Source of the DNA: Bacteroidales bacterium
GTDB lineage: Bacteria > Bacteroidota > Bacteroidia > Bacteroidales > JAQXIO01
Direction: 5' to 3'
Assembly (NCBI GenBank): GCA_029007825.1
Contig: JAQXIO010000053.1
Location: 28,156-92,155 of the forward strand
Length of the DNA: 64,000 bases
Program-made: the position numbers and the translations under genes
Notes under the pieces: generated by a model
Database searches by the model: none
What the model saw: the letters and a program-made list of their open reading frames with translations, nothing else
Told to the model about the DNA's origin: nothing
In this document: piece after piece, positions 29,112-39,306 of the stretch
Position numbering within the stretch: position 1 is the stretch's first letter
Layout: each line of letters opens with the position of its first letter

Positions 29112-30347
29112 ATGATAAAAGATTCTCTTACCGAACGTTTTCTCAAGTATGTGTCCATCGATACCCAATCGGATGCATCGTCGCTTCATTTCCCGTCAAC
29201 AGCGACACAAACCGAATTTGCACGGTTGTTGAAAAAAGAGATGGAAAAAATCGGCATATCATCGGTTAACTTAGATGAGAACGGTTATCTGACGGGAGAG
29301 ATTCCGAGCAACTCAAAAAAGAGATTGCCTTCGGTGGGTTTTATAGCCCATATGGATACTTCTCCTGATTTCAGCGGAAAAGGGGTGTCTCCTTCCATTG
29401 TAAAGAACTATGATGGAAAGCCGATTCTCCTGAACGAGCAAGAGGATATTATCCTGTCGCCCGAGGATTTTCCGGAACTAAAAAAATATACCGGTCAGGA
29501 TCTGATCGTTACCGACGGAACTACTCTTTTAGGTGCAGACGACAAGGCCGGTATTGCCGAAATCATGACGGCTGCCGAATATCTTATAGGACATCCTGAA
29601 ATCGAGCACGGACGTATCGGCATCGCTTTCACTCCGGACGAGGAGATCGGTAAAGGTGCCTCGCGTTTCAATGTAAAGCGTTTCGACTGCGACTGGGCTT
29701 ATACGATGGACGGCGGGGAGACGGGCGAACTGGAATTCGAAAATTTCAATGCTGGGGAGGCGATCATTACTTTTAAAGGCAGGAATGTACATCCGGGAAC
29801 CGCCAAAAGTAAAATGATCAATGCCCAACATCTGGCCATGGCTTTCGCGCATCTGCTTCCTCAGAACGAACGGCCTGAAAATACCGAAGGGTACGAAGGT
29901 TTCTATCATCTGATTTCTATGTCGGGGGATGTAGAAAAGGCGACCTTGCATTATATTATAAGGGATCACGACACAGATACATTCGAGTTACGCAAAAAAT
30001 ATATAGAGGAGTGTGCCTCTAAGATAAACAGGGAATATCCGGGAAGCACGACTTTATCGATCCGCGACCAGTATTTCAATATGAAAGAGAAGATCGCTCC
30101 TGTTTTCCATATTATCGAAATTGCAAAAAGGGCTATGCTGAACTGCGGAATTACTCCTGTTATCAAACCTATCCGCGGCGGTACGGATGGAGCTATCCTT
30201 TCGTTCAAAGGCCTTCCGTGCCCTAATATTTTTGCCGGCGGCCTGAATTTCCACGGAAAATACGAGTTTGTTCCTATTCCGTCTATGGAAAAGGCATGCG
30301 AGGTAATTATCAGTATTGCCAAAGAGGTTGTGCTTACCAACCAATAA
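29112..30347 (+). CDS. pepT: peptidase T (tripeptide aminopeptidase, M20B)
   Basis: [13 protein letters not shown]-terminus, then [19 protein letters not shown] and IRGGTDG motifs. The ATG follows the purF-like TAA with no gap. Confidence 0.93.
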   Translation: MIKDSLTERFLKYVSIDTQSDASSLHFPSTATQTEFARLLKKEMEKIGISSVNLDENGYLTGEIPSNSKKRLPSVGFIAHMDTSPDFSGKGVSPSIVKNYDGKPILLNEQEDIILSPEDFPELKKYTGQDLIVTDGTTLLGADDKAGIAEIMTAAEYLIGHPEIEHGRIGIAFTPDEEIGKGASRFNVKRFDCDWAYTMDGGETGELEFENFNAGEAIITFKGRNVHPGTAKSKMINAQHLAMAFAHLLPQNERPENTEGYEGFYHLISMSGDVEKATLHYIIRDHDTDTFELRKKYIEECASKINREYPGSTTLSIRDQYFNMKEKIAPVFHIIEIAKRAMLNCGITPVIKPIRGGTDGAILSFKGLPCPNIFAGGLNFHGKYEFVPIPSMEKACEVIISIAKEVVLTNQ

Positions 30348-30566
30348 CTTTCCAATCAGGAAGATTCCCAGCAAAAAAGGGAAACAGATACTGCTACGAT
30401 GGTTCAATGCTTTGGCATAACTGCCGGAAGCAAATTGTCTATTCTCTACAGTAAAAGGGATTATCGAGCCGTTACCGGTTGCAGAACTTCATCCATTTCC
30501 CTCAAAGAGAAACAGATTTTATATTCCGATATCATGCGACTGAAAAATCAGGATTCTCCGTCTTGC

Positions 30567-31001
30567 TTATGAATCGGGATCGTCAAAATCGAAATCAAAA
30601 TCGAAGCCGTCATCGATATAGGTGGGTTCGGTAAACGACTCAAGGTTGCGCCGGTCTTTTTTCGTAGGACGTCCCAGTCCTTTCGCCCGATTCACAAAAC
30701 CGGATATTTTGCTGAGCTCCAAAATTTCATACTGTTCCGTGGGAGTTACATTTTCCAGAAATTGAGGAACAAGCTTCGCTCCTACCCTTTTATCGATCAG
30801 CCCTAATACGCGAAACGAATAGGTTACGGGCGGCTTGCGTACTTCTATCACTTCTCCGACTTTAATCATGCGTGATGGCTTTATGGTAACTCCTTTAACG
30901 GATATACGGCCCTTTTTACAGGCTTCAACTGCTATCGTGCGGGTCTTAAAAATACGGGTTGCCCACATCCATTTATCGATCCGTACTTCTTCCATACTCA
31001 A
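30567..31001 (-). CDS. hslR: S4-domain RNA-binding protein (Hsp15/HslR-like)
   Basis: [19 protein letters not shown]4 motif and an acidic C-terminal tail. Overlaps pth by 4 nt. Confidence 0.75.
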   Translation of the reverse strand: MSMEEVRIDKWMWATRIFKTRTIAVEACKKGRISVKGVTIKPSRMIKVGEVIEVRKPPVTYSFRVLGLIDKRVGAKLVPQFLENVTPTEQYEILELSKISGFVNRAKGLGRPTKKDRRNLESFTEPTYIDDGFDFDFDFDDPDS

Positions 31002-31561
31002 CGATTGTTATATTGGTTCATCGTATTTTGAATTCCGGCGAGACAAAAACTGCGGATGATGTCGCATGCGCGTTCTATCCGAAGCGGCAGTTCCCGTTGT
31101 TCTTCCGGGAAAAAGCTACCCAAGACGTACTCGACTTGCATTCCTTTGGGATAGTTATTCCCGATTCCGAATTTCAACCGGGCATAAGACTGCGTAGCCA
31201 AGAGCTCTTCTATATTTCCCAGCCCGTTATGTCCGGCACAGCTTCCTTTTGGTTTTATACGCAAGGTTCCGAACGGTAAGGCTAAATCATCGACAACGAC
31301 CAAAAGGTTCTCAAGCGGAATATTTTCTTTCTGCAACCAATAGCGAACGGCGTTACCGCTCAAGTTCATATAGGTAGATGGCTTCAGAAGCACCATAATT
31401 TTATTCTTCAGCCGCACCTCGCAGGTTGCGCCGTAACGGTTATCGCTAAAAACAGCATTGGACGCTTCTGCTAAAGCGTCCAATACCATAAATCCTATAT
31501 TGTGGCGGCTGTACCGGTATTCTGCACCGATATTGCCTAAACCAGCAATCAAATATTTCAT
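30998..31561 (-). CDS. pth: peptidyl-tRNA hydrolase
   Basis: [21 protein letters not shown] and GHNGL motifs. Confidence 0.95.
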   Translation of the reverse strand: MKYLIAGLGNIGAEYRYSRHNIGFMVLDALAEASNAVFSDNRYGATCEVRLKNKIMVLLKPSTYMNLSGNAVRYWLQKENIPLENLLVVVDDLALPFGTLRIKPKGSCAGHNGLGNIEELLATQSYARLKFGIGNNYPKGMQVEYVLGSFFPEEQRELPLRIERACDIIRSFCLAGIQNTMNQYNNR

Positions 31562-31572
31562 TTTTCTACTTC

Positions 31573-32145
31573 TTACTCAGCTTTAGCAGCGGCACCTCTT
31601 GCGGCACGTGTCAGTTTCACAGAACAAACAACTGCATTTTTAGCTTCTGTTACTTCCAGATTTTCGAAAGAGAGCTGACCTACCTGCAATGATTTTCCGA
31701 TACCCAAGTTCGTTACATCAACTTTCAGTTGTTCAGGGATTACAGAATATACGGCTTTTACTCTCAATTTTCTCTTTTCAAGCGTCAATTTACCACCGGC
31801 TTTCACACCTTCTGCCAATCCTTCCAATACCACAGGAACTGCCATCTGGATAGGCTTGTTATCAAATACTTCAAGGAAGTCGATGTGCAAAACTTTATCG
31901 CTTACCGGATGGAACTGAACTTCTTTCAGCACTGCTTTTACATTTTTACCATCAATAGCAAGATCTACGACATGAATATCGGGCGAGAAAACCAGTTTAC
32001 GAATATCGTCTTGTTTTACACTGAAATGTACAACGTTTTCACCACCATACAAAACGGCCGGAATCAAGCCTTCTTTACGAAATTGTTTAGCTGCCTTTTT
32101 TCCTGTTTCGGTTCTTAAGGCTCCTGACAAATTAAATGTCTTCAT
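31573..32145 (-). CDS. rplY: 50S ribosomal protein L25 / general stress protein Ctc
   Basis: 190-aa long-form L25 ([21 protein letters not shown]) located upstream of pth. Confidence 0.93.
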   Translation of the reverse strand: MKTFNLSGALRTETGKKAAKQFRKEGLIPAVLYGGENVVHFSVKQDDIRKLVFSPDIHVVDLAIDGKNVKAVLKEVQFHPVSDKVLHIDFLEVFDNKPIQMAVPVVLEGLAEGVKAGGKLTLEKRKLRVKAVYSVIPEQLKVDVTNLGIGKSLQVGQLSFENLEVTEAKNAVVCSVKLTRAARGAAAKAE

Positions 32146-32363
32146 TTTTTTACAATAAAATTGTGTTACTCAAAATTATGGATCTCTCAATGCTCCATTA
32201 TTTCCCATCACACGGAAAATGTTAAAAGCAGGGCAAAGGTAGCATTTTTTTATATTATCTGCAATATTCGCAAATGTGTTTTCCGTTTTTTACCCGAAAT
32301 ACGCAAAAGCGTCTTTTACTTTCTTATTATCAGATATTTACAACAAAATATACAGATTTATTC

Positions 32364-32648
32364 TTATTTGATAAATTCCACTACTTCATCGAGTGCCGAC
32401 ATAAACTTTTCCAAGTCTTCTTTATAAAGGAATATTTTGTGTTTCTCAAACGAAATTTTCTGTTCGCCGGCTTCTCCCTGAATTACCTTTTTGCTTTCCG
32501 TAATTGAGAGGTAGGTTTCATCTTTCATCGTTTTCTTAACATCAAGGTAATATATCCGCTTACCAGCCTTGACGCTACGGGAAAACAATATTTCTTTTTC
32601 GCGTTTATCTACTTCGGGGTTATTAGGTGTCTGGTCCATATTTTTCAA
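32364..32648 (-). CDS. DUF3276 (PUR-alpha-like nucleic-acid-binding) protein
   Basis: LFSRSVKAGKRIYYLDVKKTMKDETYLSITESKK is typical of DUF3276. Confidence 0.7.
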   Translation of the reverse strand: MKNMDQTPNNPEVDKREKEILFSRSVKAGKRIYYLDVKKTMKDETYLSITESKKVIQGEAGEQKISFEKHKIFLYKEDLEKFMSALDEVVEFIK

Positions 32649-32968
32649 TAATAATAGTTTAGGCGTTCTCTATCTGACTATCAAACATATTAATTTATAT
32701 TTACATAACAAAGCGATTTTCTAATTTATTAAAAATAAACTTTCTGTCAAAAAACAGAATATCGCAGGACATAACGATTCGACGGAAAGGAGTTTTAGCC
32801 TTTCACATCATTTCTCCTGAGGTACTGAAAACCAGACCGGATCAAATAAAAAACAGTATATAAAGACCTTACGGGCACCCGAGCATTTTCTCTAAATACT
32901 CAGGTGTCATATAAATTTCCACCACCGGCAATTCTGCCGAACCAATCTTGATCTATTAATTCCGGCAA

Positions 32969-34134
32969 TTACTTTTTTATGCCGAGAATATGTTTTTTCA
33001 ACCATTCACGAACAGGGAGGTCGTACAGCTTCAAGGAGGCATAAGCCAATGCAACACATAAAATAAATATGGATACGGAAACACAGATATGCGTGCTTTG
33101 GGGAATATCGGGATGTTGTGCAGCCCAGGTTGCCTGCATGTAGATAAGGGGATAGTGCGTAATGTAGAGGGGATAGGATATTTCACCAAGGAAACTACAA
33201 ACTTTCACACTATGCCTGCCCTTCACATTACGCCTGCTCCCATAGCGACAATCAACGGAAAGGCGAAAAGGATGCAAATGGCTTCATACAAACCATTCTG
33301 CCACGCACCGGTTTCGCCTCCTATACGCGGCATTATCAGGATGAGGGTAATCAACAAAGAACACCAGAAGAATCCGTTTTTTACCTTTATCAATTTACCA
33401 ATCCGGAATAGCAGCAATCCGCTAAAGAAAGGATAAAGCAGGCGGGATAGACCGACATAGCATTGTTCGGGTGTGAGGCTCCAGCCACCGATTACGGTGT
33501 TTGCTGTTATTTGCCGATCGGCAAGCAGTCCGAACAAATCAAAATTCATAGTCAGATCTATAGTCAGAATTGCTGAACAAAGGACGAATACCGTCAATAC
33601 TACTTTAGAAAACCTACGAACGAGAAGGGCGTAGAGGATATTGGCAATGTATTCCCATGTGAGCGACCAGTTGGGGCCATTGAGCGGATTGGTTTCCTGC
33701 CACCCGCGTATATCCCACCGAGGAAGCGCGGGAATCATAAAACATCCGAGTAGGAATATCAATAGCATCTTCCACCACGGTGTCTGAGCGATAAAGGGAA
33801 ATACTTCACCAGCACCAAAATAAAACAAAAGTGCCCCGATAGCACACCCCATAATTACCATCGGCTGCAACCGCACGAGACGCCGCTTAAAAAAATCCCA
33901 TGTCGTCATTCTGCCCCAACGGTCATCGTAAGCGTAACCTATTACAAAGCCTGAAAGAACAAAGAAAAAATCGACGGCCAGATATCCATGATTCAAAATC
34001 TGATAGGCGGGGCCTTTCGAATAGGTTTCCAACAGATGAAAGGCTACCACAATCATCGCGGCAACACCACGCAGTCCGTCCAGAATTTCGTAACGCGGCT
34101 TTTCCGCCATATATACTTTTCCACTATTTGCCAT
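32969..34134 (-). pseudogene. acyltransferase-3 family gene interrupted by a single frameshift
   Basis: ORF 33223-34134 carries the N-terminal part (LDGLRGVAAMIVVAFH). ORF 32969-33277 in another frame carries the C-terminal part (FLGEISYPLYITHYP). The two reading frames overlap at 33223-33277. Confidence 0.75.
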
Positions 34135-34214
34135 AAGGTGAATCCAATTTTACGGCTACAAAAATAAGACAGGATTCTTTATTCGCGGTTACCTATCGTC
34201 TGATTATTTTGATC

Positions 34215-34222
34215 TATATTTG
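34215..34222 (+). promoter_or_regulatory. candidate -7 box for the AraC-family gene
   Basis: TATATTTG lies 93 nt upstream of the ATG at 34315. Confidence 0.35.
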
Positions 34223-34314
34223 CATTTTATGCAAACATAAACGATAGTATTATAAATTCGAAATATTATCACATAACCGACACATGTCATTCGTATGTAT
34301 TCCGGCATGACCTA

Positions 34315-35097
34315 ATGATGCCTGAGGATGAGTTTCCCATCCACTCTCAAGCGGACTGGGAACTGGCTTATATTGTCAAAGGCAGCGGAACCGCTCTTAT
34401 GGGGGACGAAACCCGACCTTTTTCGAGAGGTGAGATTTTCCTTCTCCCACCCAATATGCGGCACGGATGGATTTTCGATAATCATGACCGTACGAAAGAA
34501 GGTTATGTCGAGGATATCTGCCTGTCGCTACGCAAGGATTTATTCGATAAGCTTGCATCGATACCGGAACTCGGACGGCTCAATTACCTGAATAATCATC
34601 AGGAAACCGCTTTCCGTCTTCATGGAAATACATTGAACACGATAAAACGAGTGCTGTCCGAAATGATTTCAGCGGACGAACGGGAGCATTTCGGACAGGT
34701 GATGCGAATCGTGCATTTGCTTGCCTCGTCCGATAACCTGATTCCGACAGGACACAACCAGCCACTAAAGAAAGCGGACGAAAAGATACAACAAATCGAC
34801 GCTTATATCCCGCTTCATTACAACCGGGATATTCCGATTAACGATGTTGCGTCACTGGTTCATATGAACCGTTCATCTTTTTGTGTATTTTTCAAACGAA
34901 TGAAAGGTATTTCTTTTTCGACTTACCTCAATACTTACCGCATCGATACGGCATGCCACCTGCTGGCAACTACCGACAAGAGTATTTCAGAAATAGCCTA
35001 CAACGTCGGGTTCAACAGTCCGTCTCATTTTTCCCGTACATTCCGGAAAATCAGAAAATGCGCTCCTTTAGATTACAGGAATACCCGACTGCGATGA
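34315..35097 (+). CDS. AraC family transcriptional regulator (cupin sensor plus HTH)
   Basis: N-terminal cupin-like WELAYIVKGSG...LLPPNMRHGW and C-terminal HTH SISEIAYNVGFNSPSHFSRTFRK. Confidence 0.88.
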   Translation: MMPEDEFPIHSQADWELAYIVKGSGTALMGDETRPFSRGEIFLLPPNMRHGWIFDNHDRTKEGYVEDICLSLRKDLFDKLASIPELGRLNYLNNHQETAFRLHGNTLNTIKRVLSEMISADEREHFGQVMRIVHLLASSDNLIPTGHNQPLKKADEKIQQIDAYIPLHYNRDIPINDVASLVHMNRSSFCVFFKRMKGISFSTYLNTYRIDTACHLLATTDKSISEIAYNVGFNSPSHFSRTFRKIRKCAPLDYRNTRLR

Positions 35098-35169
35098 GCA
35101 GGGAGAGCCGAATTCTTATATAAAAAACATATTTCGCACCAGTTTCTTTTTTGCAGGGATTATTCTTTT

Positions 35170-35177
35170 TATCTTTG
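35170..35177 (+). promoter_or_regulatory. candidate -7 box for nusB
   Basis: TATCTTTG lies 52 nt upstream of the ATG at 35229. Confidence 0.45.
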
Positions 35178-35228
35178 CAGCGAATAAGCGAAAATAAGCT
35201 AAATAACTAAAGAAGTTCTTTCACAGCA

Positions 35229-36155
35229 ATGATTAACAGAGTTCTTATCCGAATCAAAGTTTTGCAAATCCTATTTGCATGCAACCAAAACCACAGCAAG
35301 GATCTCGCTGCCATCGAAAATGAGTTGTTAACCAGTCTTAAGAAGGCGTATGATTTATACTTTTATCTTCTCAAACTTATGGTGGATATAACGGAATGGC
35401 AAAAACAGCGCCTGGATATGGCAAAAAACAAATATCTGCCTACCGAGGAGGAGTTAAACCCCAACCTTAAATTGGCCCAGAATCAATTCATTGCCCAACT
35501 ATCACAAAATAAAACTTTTTTAGCTTATACCCAAGAGAATACTATCTCATGGGATAATAACCGGGAAACGATCAAGTACCTGCGTTCCGCAATTTTACAT
35601 TCCGACACTTACAAGGAATACATAGAGTCGGACGATAACAGTTATGAGGCCGATAAAGAGTTTTGGCGTAAAGTCCTAAAGAATGTCATATGTCAGGACG
35701 AAACGTTTATCGAGGAACTTGAAAATATGTGTATCTACTGGAACGACGACCTCGATATTATCGAAACGTTCATACTGAAAAGCATCCGGCGCTTTGAAGC
35801 CGAAAAGGGCGACGATCAGGAATTGCTTCCGATGTTCAAAAGTGAAGAGGACAAGGATTTTGCCATACAGCTTTTAAGGTTTACCTTATTAAATGAAGAC
35901 AAATATAACGAGGAAATAAACAAATATCTCAAGAACTGGGATATGGAACGTATCGCGGATATGGATATGGTTATTCTCCGGACGGCAATCGCGGAGATTC
36001 TCAATTTCCCGACTATTCCTATCAATGTAACAATGAACGAGTATATCGAAATTGCTAAAGTTTACAGTACGCCGAAAAGCGGTACTTTTATTAACGGTAT
36101 ATTAGATGCAATGGTAAAAAATCTGAAAGCCGAAAATAAGTTGTTGAAGAAATAA
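35229..36155 (+). CDS. nusB: transcription antitermination factor NusB (long Bacteroidetes form)
   Basis: The C-terminal NusB core carries ILRTAIAEILNF and NEYIEIAKVYSTPKSGTFINGILD. It is preceded by an N-terminal extension. Confidence 0.85.
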   Translation: MINRVLIRIKVLQILFACNQNHSKDLAAIENELLTSLKKAYDLYFYLLKLMVDITEWQKQRLDMAKNKYLPTEEELNPNLKLAQNQFIAQLSQNKTFLAYTQENTISWDNNRETIKYLRSAILHSDTYKEYIESDDNSYEADKEFWRKVLKNVICQDETFIEELENMCIYWNDDLDIIETFILKSIRRFEAEKGDDQELLPMFKSEEDKDFAIQLLRFTLLNEDKYNEEINKYLKNWDMERIADMDMVILRTAIAEILNFPTIPINVTMNEYIEIAKVYSTPKSGTFINGILDAMVKNLKAENKLLKK

Positions 36156-36191
36156 CTTATTTCTATATTTGTAGAATATAAAAGGTGTCTC

Positions 36192-36328
36192 GGCAATCTT
36201 TAAGAACAAGTTCTCACGATTGAGCTCGACTTTGACTATATTTGTGCTGTCACGCGAAGATAGGATGCGTCTCAGCAAAAAGTTCAAACAAGTTTGACTT
36301 TCTGCACTCGACTTTCATTATATTTGCA
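36192..36328 (+). repeat. dispersed repeat core, copy B
   Basis: 137 bp aligning to 16227-16364 at about 88% identity by eye. It carries TATATTTG boxes at 36237 and 36319, and another lies just upstream at 36164. Confidence 0.85.
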
Positions 36329-36447
36329 GAAGATGAATGAAAACAGGATACGCCCCGGCATAATCACATAAATTTGTTACTGCGTAAGGCGTGTAGTATT
36401 TTTATCGTATAACAATGTATTACAAACAATTATAAACTGTTTATCTT

Positions 36448-36747
36448 ATGATTTTACAAGCAGCAGCAGGAATGGATCAGCAATGGTCATCCATACTTAT
36501 GATGGTAGCAATTTTCGCTATCTTTTATTTCTTCATGATCCGTCCGCAACAAAAGCGTCAGAAAGAGATCAAAAAATTCCGCGAAGCCCTGAAAGTAGGC
36601 GATAAAGTAGTTACTGCAGGTGGTATCTACGGAAAAATCAAAGAGATCAACGACAGTACATTACTTGTCGAGATCGCAGAAAATGTACGTATTAAAGTAG
36701 ACAAGGCTTCGGTATTCGCATCGACAGAAGATTCATTGCAAAAATAA
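36448..36747 (+). CDS. yajC: preprotein translocase subunit YajC
   Basis: Single TM followed by FFMIRPQQKRQKE and GDKVVTAGGIYGKI. Confidence 0.9.
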   Translation: MILQAAAGMDQQWSSILMMVAIFAIFYFFMIRPQQKRQKEIKKFREALKVGDKVVTAGGIYGKIKEINDSTLLVEIAENVRIKVDKASVFASTEDSLQK

Positions 36748-36749
36748 CG

Positions 36750-37748
36750 GTGGCTAAGCCGAATAACCATATATCGAATTTAAATCCTAAAAAAAAGATC
36801 CAGACCTTTCTGAGAAGTAAAAGTTTCAGAGAGGTTATGATCTTTTTGTTTTTTGTCTGTATCGCTTTCGGGTTCTGGATTTTACAGACATTACAGCAGG
36901 AGTTCGAAATCACTACTCCTATTACCATCAACTACAAAGATATGCCGGAGGGCTATGCCCTTATAGACCAGCCGACGAAAAAACTGCAAATTACCGTGCA
37001 GGATAAAGGTGCCGTTTTACTGAATTATATCTTCGGCAATAAGTTCGCTCCTATCGAACTGAATTTAACCAATAAAAAAAATGACGGTACCATAAGCTTC
37101 AACAAGGCCAAATTAGAATCTATCATTTCAAAACAGCTGATTAATACCACACGGCTGATAAAAATCATGCCGGACTCTATTTCGCTGCATTACGGTAAAC
37201 TGGATAAAAAATCGGTGCCGGTACGCTTTGCCGGAAATATCAATCCGGCCGCAGGCTACCTATTAGACGGACAGATCGAAATAGATCCCCAGACGGTAGA
37301 GGTGTATGCTCCCAATTCCATACTGGATACTCTTTCTTATATCGCGACCGAAAATATCAGCCTCAACAAGCTAACAAAAAAAATAAACAAAACGGTACGA
37401 TTAGATTTGCCAGAGGATATTTCTACAAAAAGCACAACGGTAGAAATCTCGGCTAATATAGAAGAGGCCGTAGAAAAGAGATTAGAGGTTCCCATTTCGT
37501 GCGATATTCTGCCTAAAGGGCTGAGCTTAAAACTTTTCCCGCCTAAGGTGGAAGTTACCTGCCGGCTACCTATCTCAAAATTCATATCCGTAAATGCCTC
37601 CGATTTTAAAGTTGAGGTATTTTACAACGATCTCATCAACAATAAAAATGGCTGGGTTATAGCTAAAATAACCAGAAAGCCGGACTTCGTGGATTTTGCC
37701 CAACTCTCCGTTTCCCGTGTCGATTTTATTCTGGAAGAATTAAGATAG
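36750..37748 (+). CDS. YbbR-like domain protein
   Basis: GTG start, N-terminal TM (MIFLFFVCIAFGFWIL), then repeated beta-rich YbbR-like modules. The yajC/coaE neighbourhood is conserved. Confidence 0.65.
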   Translation: MAKPNNHISNLNPKKKIQTFLRSKSFREVMIFLFFVCIAFGFWILQTLQQEFEITTPITINYKDMPEGYALIDQPTKKLQITVQDKGAVLLNYIFGNKFAPIELNLTNKKNDGTISFNKAKLESIISKQLINTTRLIKIMPDSISLHYGKLDKKSVPVRFAGNINPAAGYLLDGQIEIDPQTVEVYAPNSILDTLSYIATENISLNKLTKKINKTVRLDLPEDISTKSTTVEISANIEEAVEKRLEVPISCDILPKGLSLKLFPPKVEVTCRLPISKFISVNASDFKVEVFYNDLINNKNGWVIAKITRKPDFVDFAQLSVSRVDFILEELR

Positions 37749-37754
37749 AATTAT

Positions 37755-38336
37755 ATGATAAAAGTCGGTATCACAGGTGGCATCGGTGCCGGAAAATCCG
37801 TCGTAGCCCAAATATTGAAGACTCTCGGGTATCCCGTATATATCGCCGATACCGAGGCCAAGCGACTGATGTGCGAATCGCCAGCTATCCGGCGCGGTTT
37901 AATATCCTGTTTAGGCGCAGAGGCTTTTAACGGCAGACAGTTGAACCGCCCTTTTATTGCCCAAGCTATTTTTCACAATAAAAACCTTCTGAAAAAAATC
38001 AATTCGTTGGTGCATCCCGAAGTCCGCTCCGATTTCCAGAGATGGACAAAGCAGTTTCCGGAGTCTTCCATTCTTTTTTTAGAGTCCGCAATTCTGTATG
38101 AAGCCGATTTTCAGAAAGAGCTGGATGCAATAATTTACGTTTCCGCTCCCCATGAGGTCCGTATAAAAAGAGTAATAGAACGGGATTCCTGCAGCCGAAA
38201 CGACGTGGAACAACGTATTTCCGCCCAGCGGACAGAGGAAGAGAAGGCGGAGAAAGCCGACTTTACGATACTCAACGATGATCTCAATCCTCTTATCCCT
38301 CAAATCGTATTTATTTTAAATCAATTAAAACATTAG
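37755..38336 (+). CDS. coaE: dephospho-CoA kinase
   Basis: P-loop GITGGIGAGKS, 193 aa. Confidence 0.92.
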   Translation: MIKVGITGGIGAGKSVVAQILKTLGYPVYIADTEAKRLMCESPAIRRGLISCLGAEAFNGRQLNRPFIAQAIFHNKNLLKKINSLVHPEVRSDFQRWTKQFPESSILFLESAILYEADFQKELDAIIYVSAPHEVRIKRVIERDSCSRNDVEQRISAQRTEEEKAEKADFTILNDDLNPLIPQIVFILNQLKH

Positions 38337-38376
38337 ATTTTTCTCTTCTGTTGTTAGTTTTTTAATAGAGTCTTCG

Positions 38377-38384
38377 TATTTTTG
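38377..38384 (+). promoter_or_regulatory. candidate -7 box for the DUF5606 gene
   Basis: TATTTTTG lies 27 nt upstream of the ATG at 38411. Confidence 0.45.
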
Positions 38385-38410
38385 CAAACACTAATTTAAC
38401 ATTACAAAAT

Positions 38411-38836
38411 ATGCTTAAAACTATTTTATCCATATCCGGTAAGCCAGGTCTTTTCAAGCTCATATCACAAGCCAAAAATATTATTTTCGTAGAATCTATC
38501 TCCGATCACAAACGTATTCCGGTTCATTCAAGAGATAAAGTGGTTTCACTCGGTGATATCGCTATTTACACTACGGATGAAGAGGTGCCCCTTTCGACCG
38601 TAATGGATGCTATCAAAAACAAAGAAAACGGAAAAAACGCTTCAATTCCGTCTAACGCTTCGGCAGACGAACTGAGGGATTATTTAGGCTCGGTGCTTCC
38701 TAATTTCGACCGCGACCGTGTTTATCCGAGCGACATAAAGAAATTGATTACCTGGTATAATCTTCTTATCAATGCCGGTCTCGACGACTTTGTAGAAAAA
38801 ACGGAAGAAACGGAAGAGAAGAAAACCGAAGAATAA
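38411..38836 (+). CDS. DUF5606-like protein
   Basis: 141 aa with an acidic C-terminus. Family assignment is from memory of the conserved coaE-adjacent gene in Bacteroidales. Confidence 0.5.
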   Translation: MLKTILSISGKPGLFKLISQAKNIIFVESISDHKRIPVHSRDKVVSLGDIAIYTTDEEVPLSTVMDAIKNKENGKNASIPSNASADELRDYLGSVLPNFDRDRVYPSDIKKLITWYNLLINAGLDDFVEKTEETEEKKTEE

Positions 38837-38858
38837 AAACATTCACGACAATATCATA

Positions 38859-38902
38859 AACGGACAGAAGAAAACGGATATATCCGTTTTCTTCTGTCCG
38901 TT
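38859..38902 (+). terminator. terminator hairpin after the DUF5606 gene
   Basis: Perfect 44-bp palindrome: AACGGACAGAAGAAAACGGATA joined directly to TATCCGTTTTCTTCTGTCCGTT. Confidence 0.7.
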
Positions 38903-39244
38903 CTTTATCCGGAAAAATATTTAATTTTTTGTCCGGCTGTTCCAGATTCACCGGATCATAGAAAGTTCGTTCTAAAGTATTTACCCAAATAAAATGAGAC
39001 AGGAAAGCTTATCTCTCTGCTTTCACTTTTGCGGTAACAGGCGTTTTACCGTTTGTCTCCGAAAGTTTATCACTTTTCATCACCGTAAAAAAACGGCTTT
39101 CGATAAAATGGTTTCATTATTCCAATAAACGGTTATTTCATCGATCCGGTAACAGATAAAACGATCATTGACTTTACAAATAATATCTCCGTAACCGACC
39201 GATACATTCCCGTCTGTTGGCGGGTATAAACGAGTTTCTTCTAT

Positions 39245-39284
39245 GGAAAATAAAAACTGCCGCTGTTCACACAACGGCAGTTTT
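39245..39284 (-). terminator. rho-independent terminator of the GH116 gene
   Basis: The stem core is CTGCCG / CGGCAG, extended by A-T pairs, and on the minus strand it is followed by TTTTTATTTT. Confidence 0.75.
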
Positions 39285-39306
39285 CAAACCCAAACTTAAA
39301 CCAGAA

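Noticed and set aside
38859-38902. The perfect 44-bp palindrome could be a recombination site or a mobile-element end.
   Set aside because: It sits 22 bp after the stop codon of the DUF5606 gene and contains internal A/T runs like the other bidirectional terminators in this window. There are no flanking direct repeats and no recombinase gene.
39009-39274. A small ORF pair on the minus strand between two terminators: 64 aa (39080-39274) and 23 aa (39009-39080), coupled by a TGATG overlap.
   Set aside because: The 64-aa ORF starts inside the GH116 terminator hairpin. No promoter box precedes it and I recognise no family. The stop/start overlap could be chance in AT-rich DNA. It is possibly a gene remnant and is not reported as a feature.
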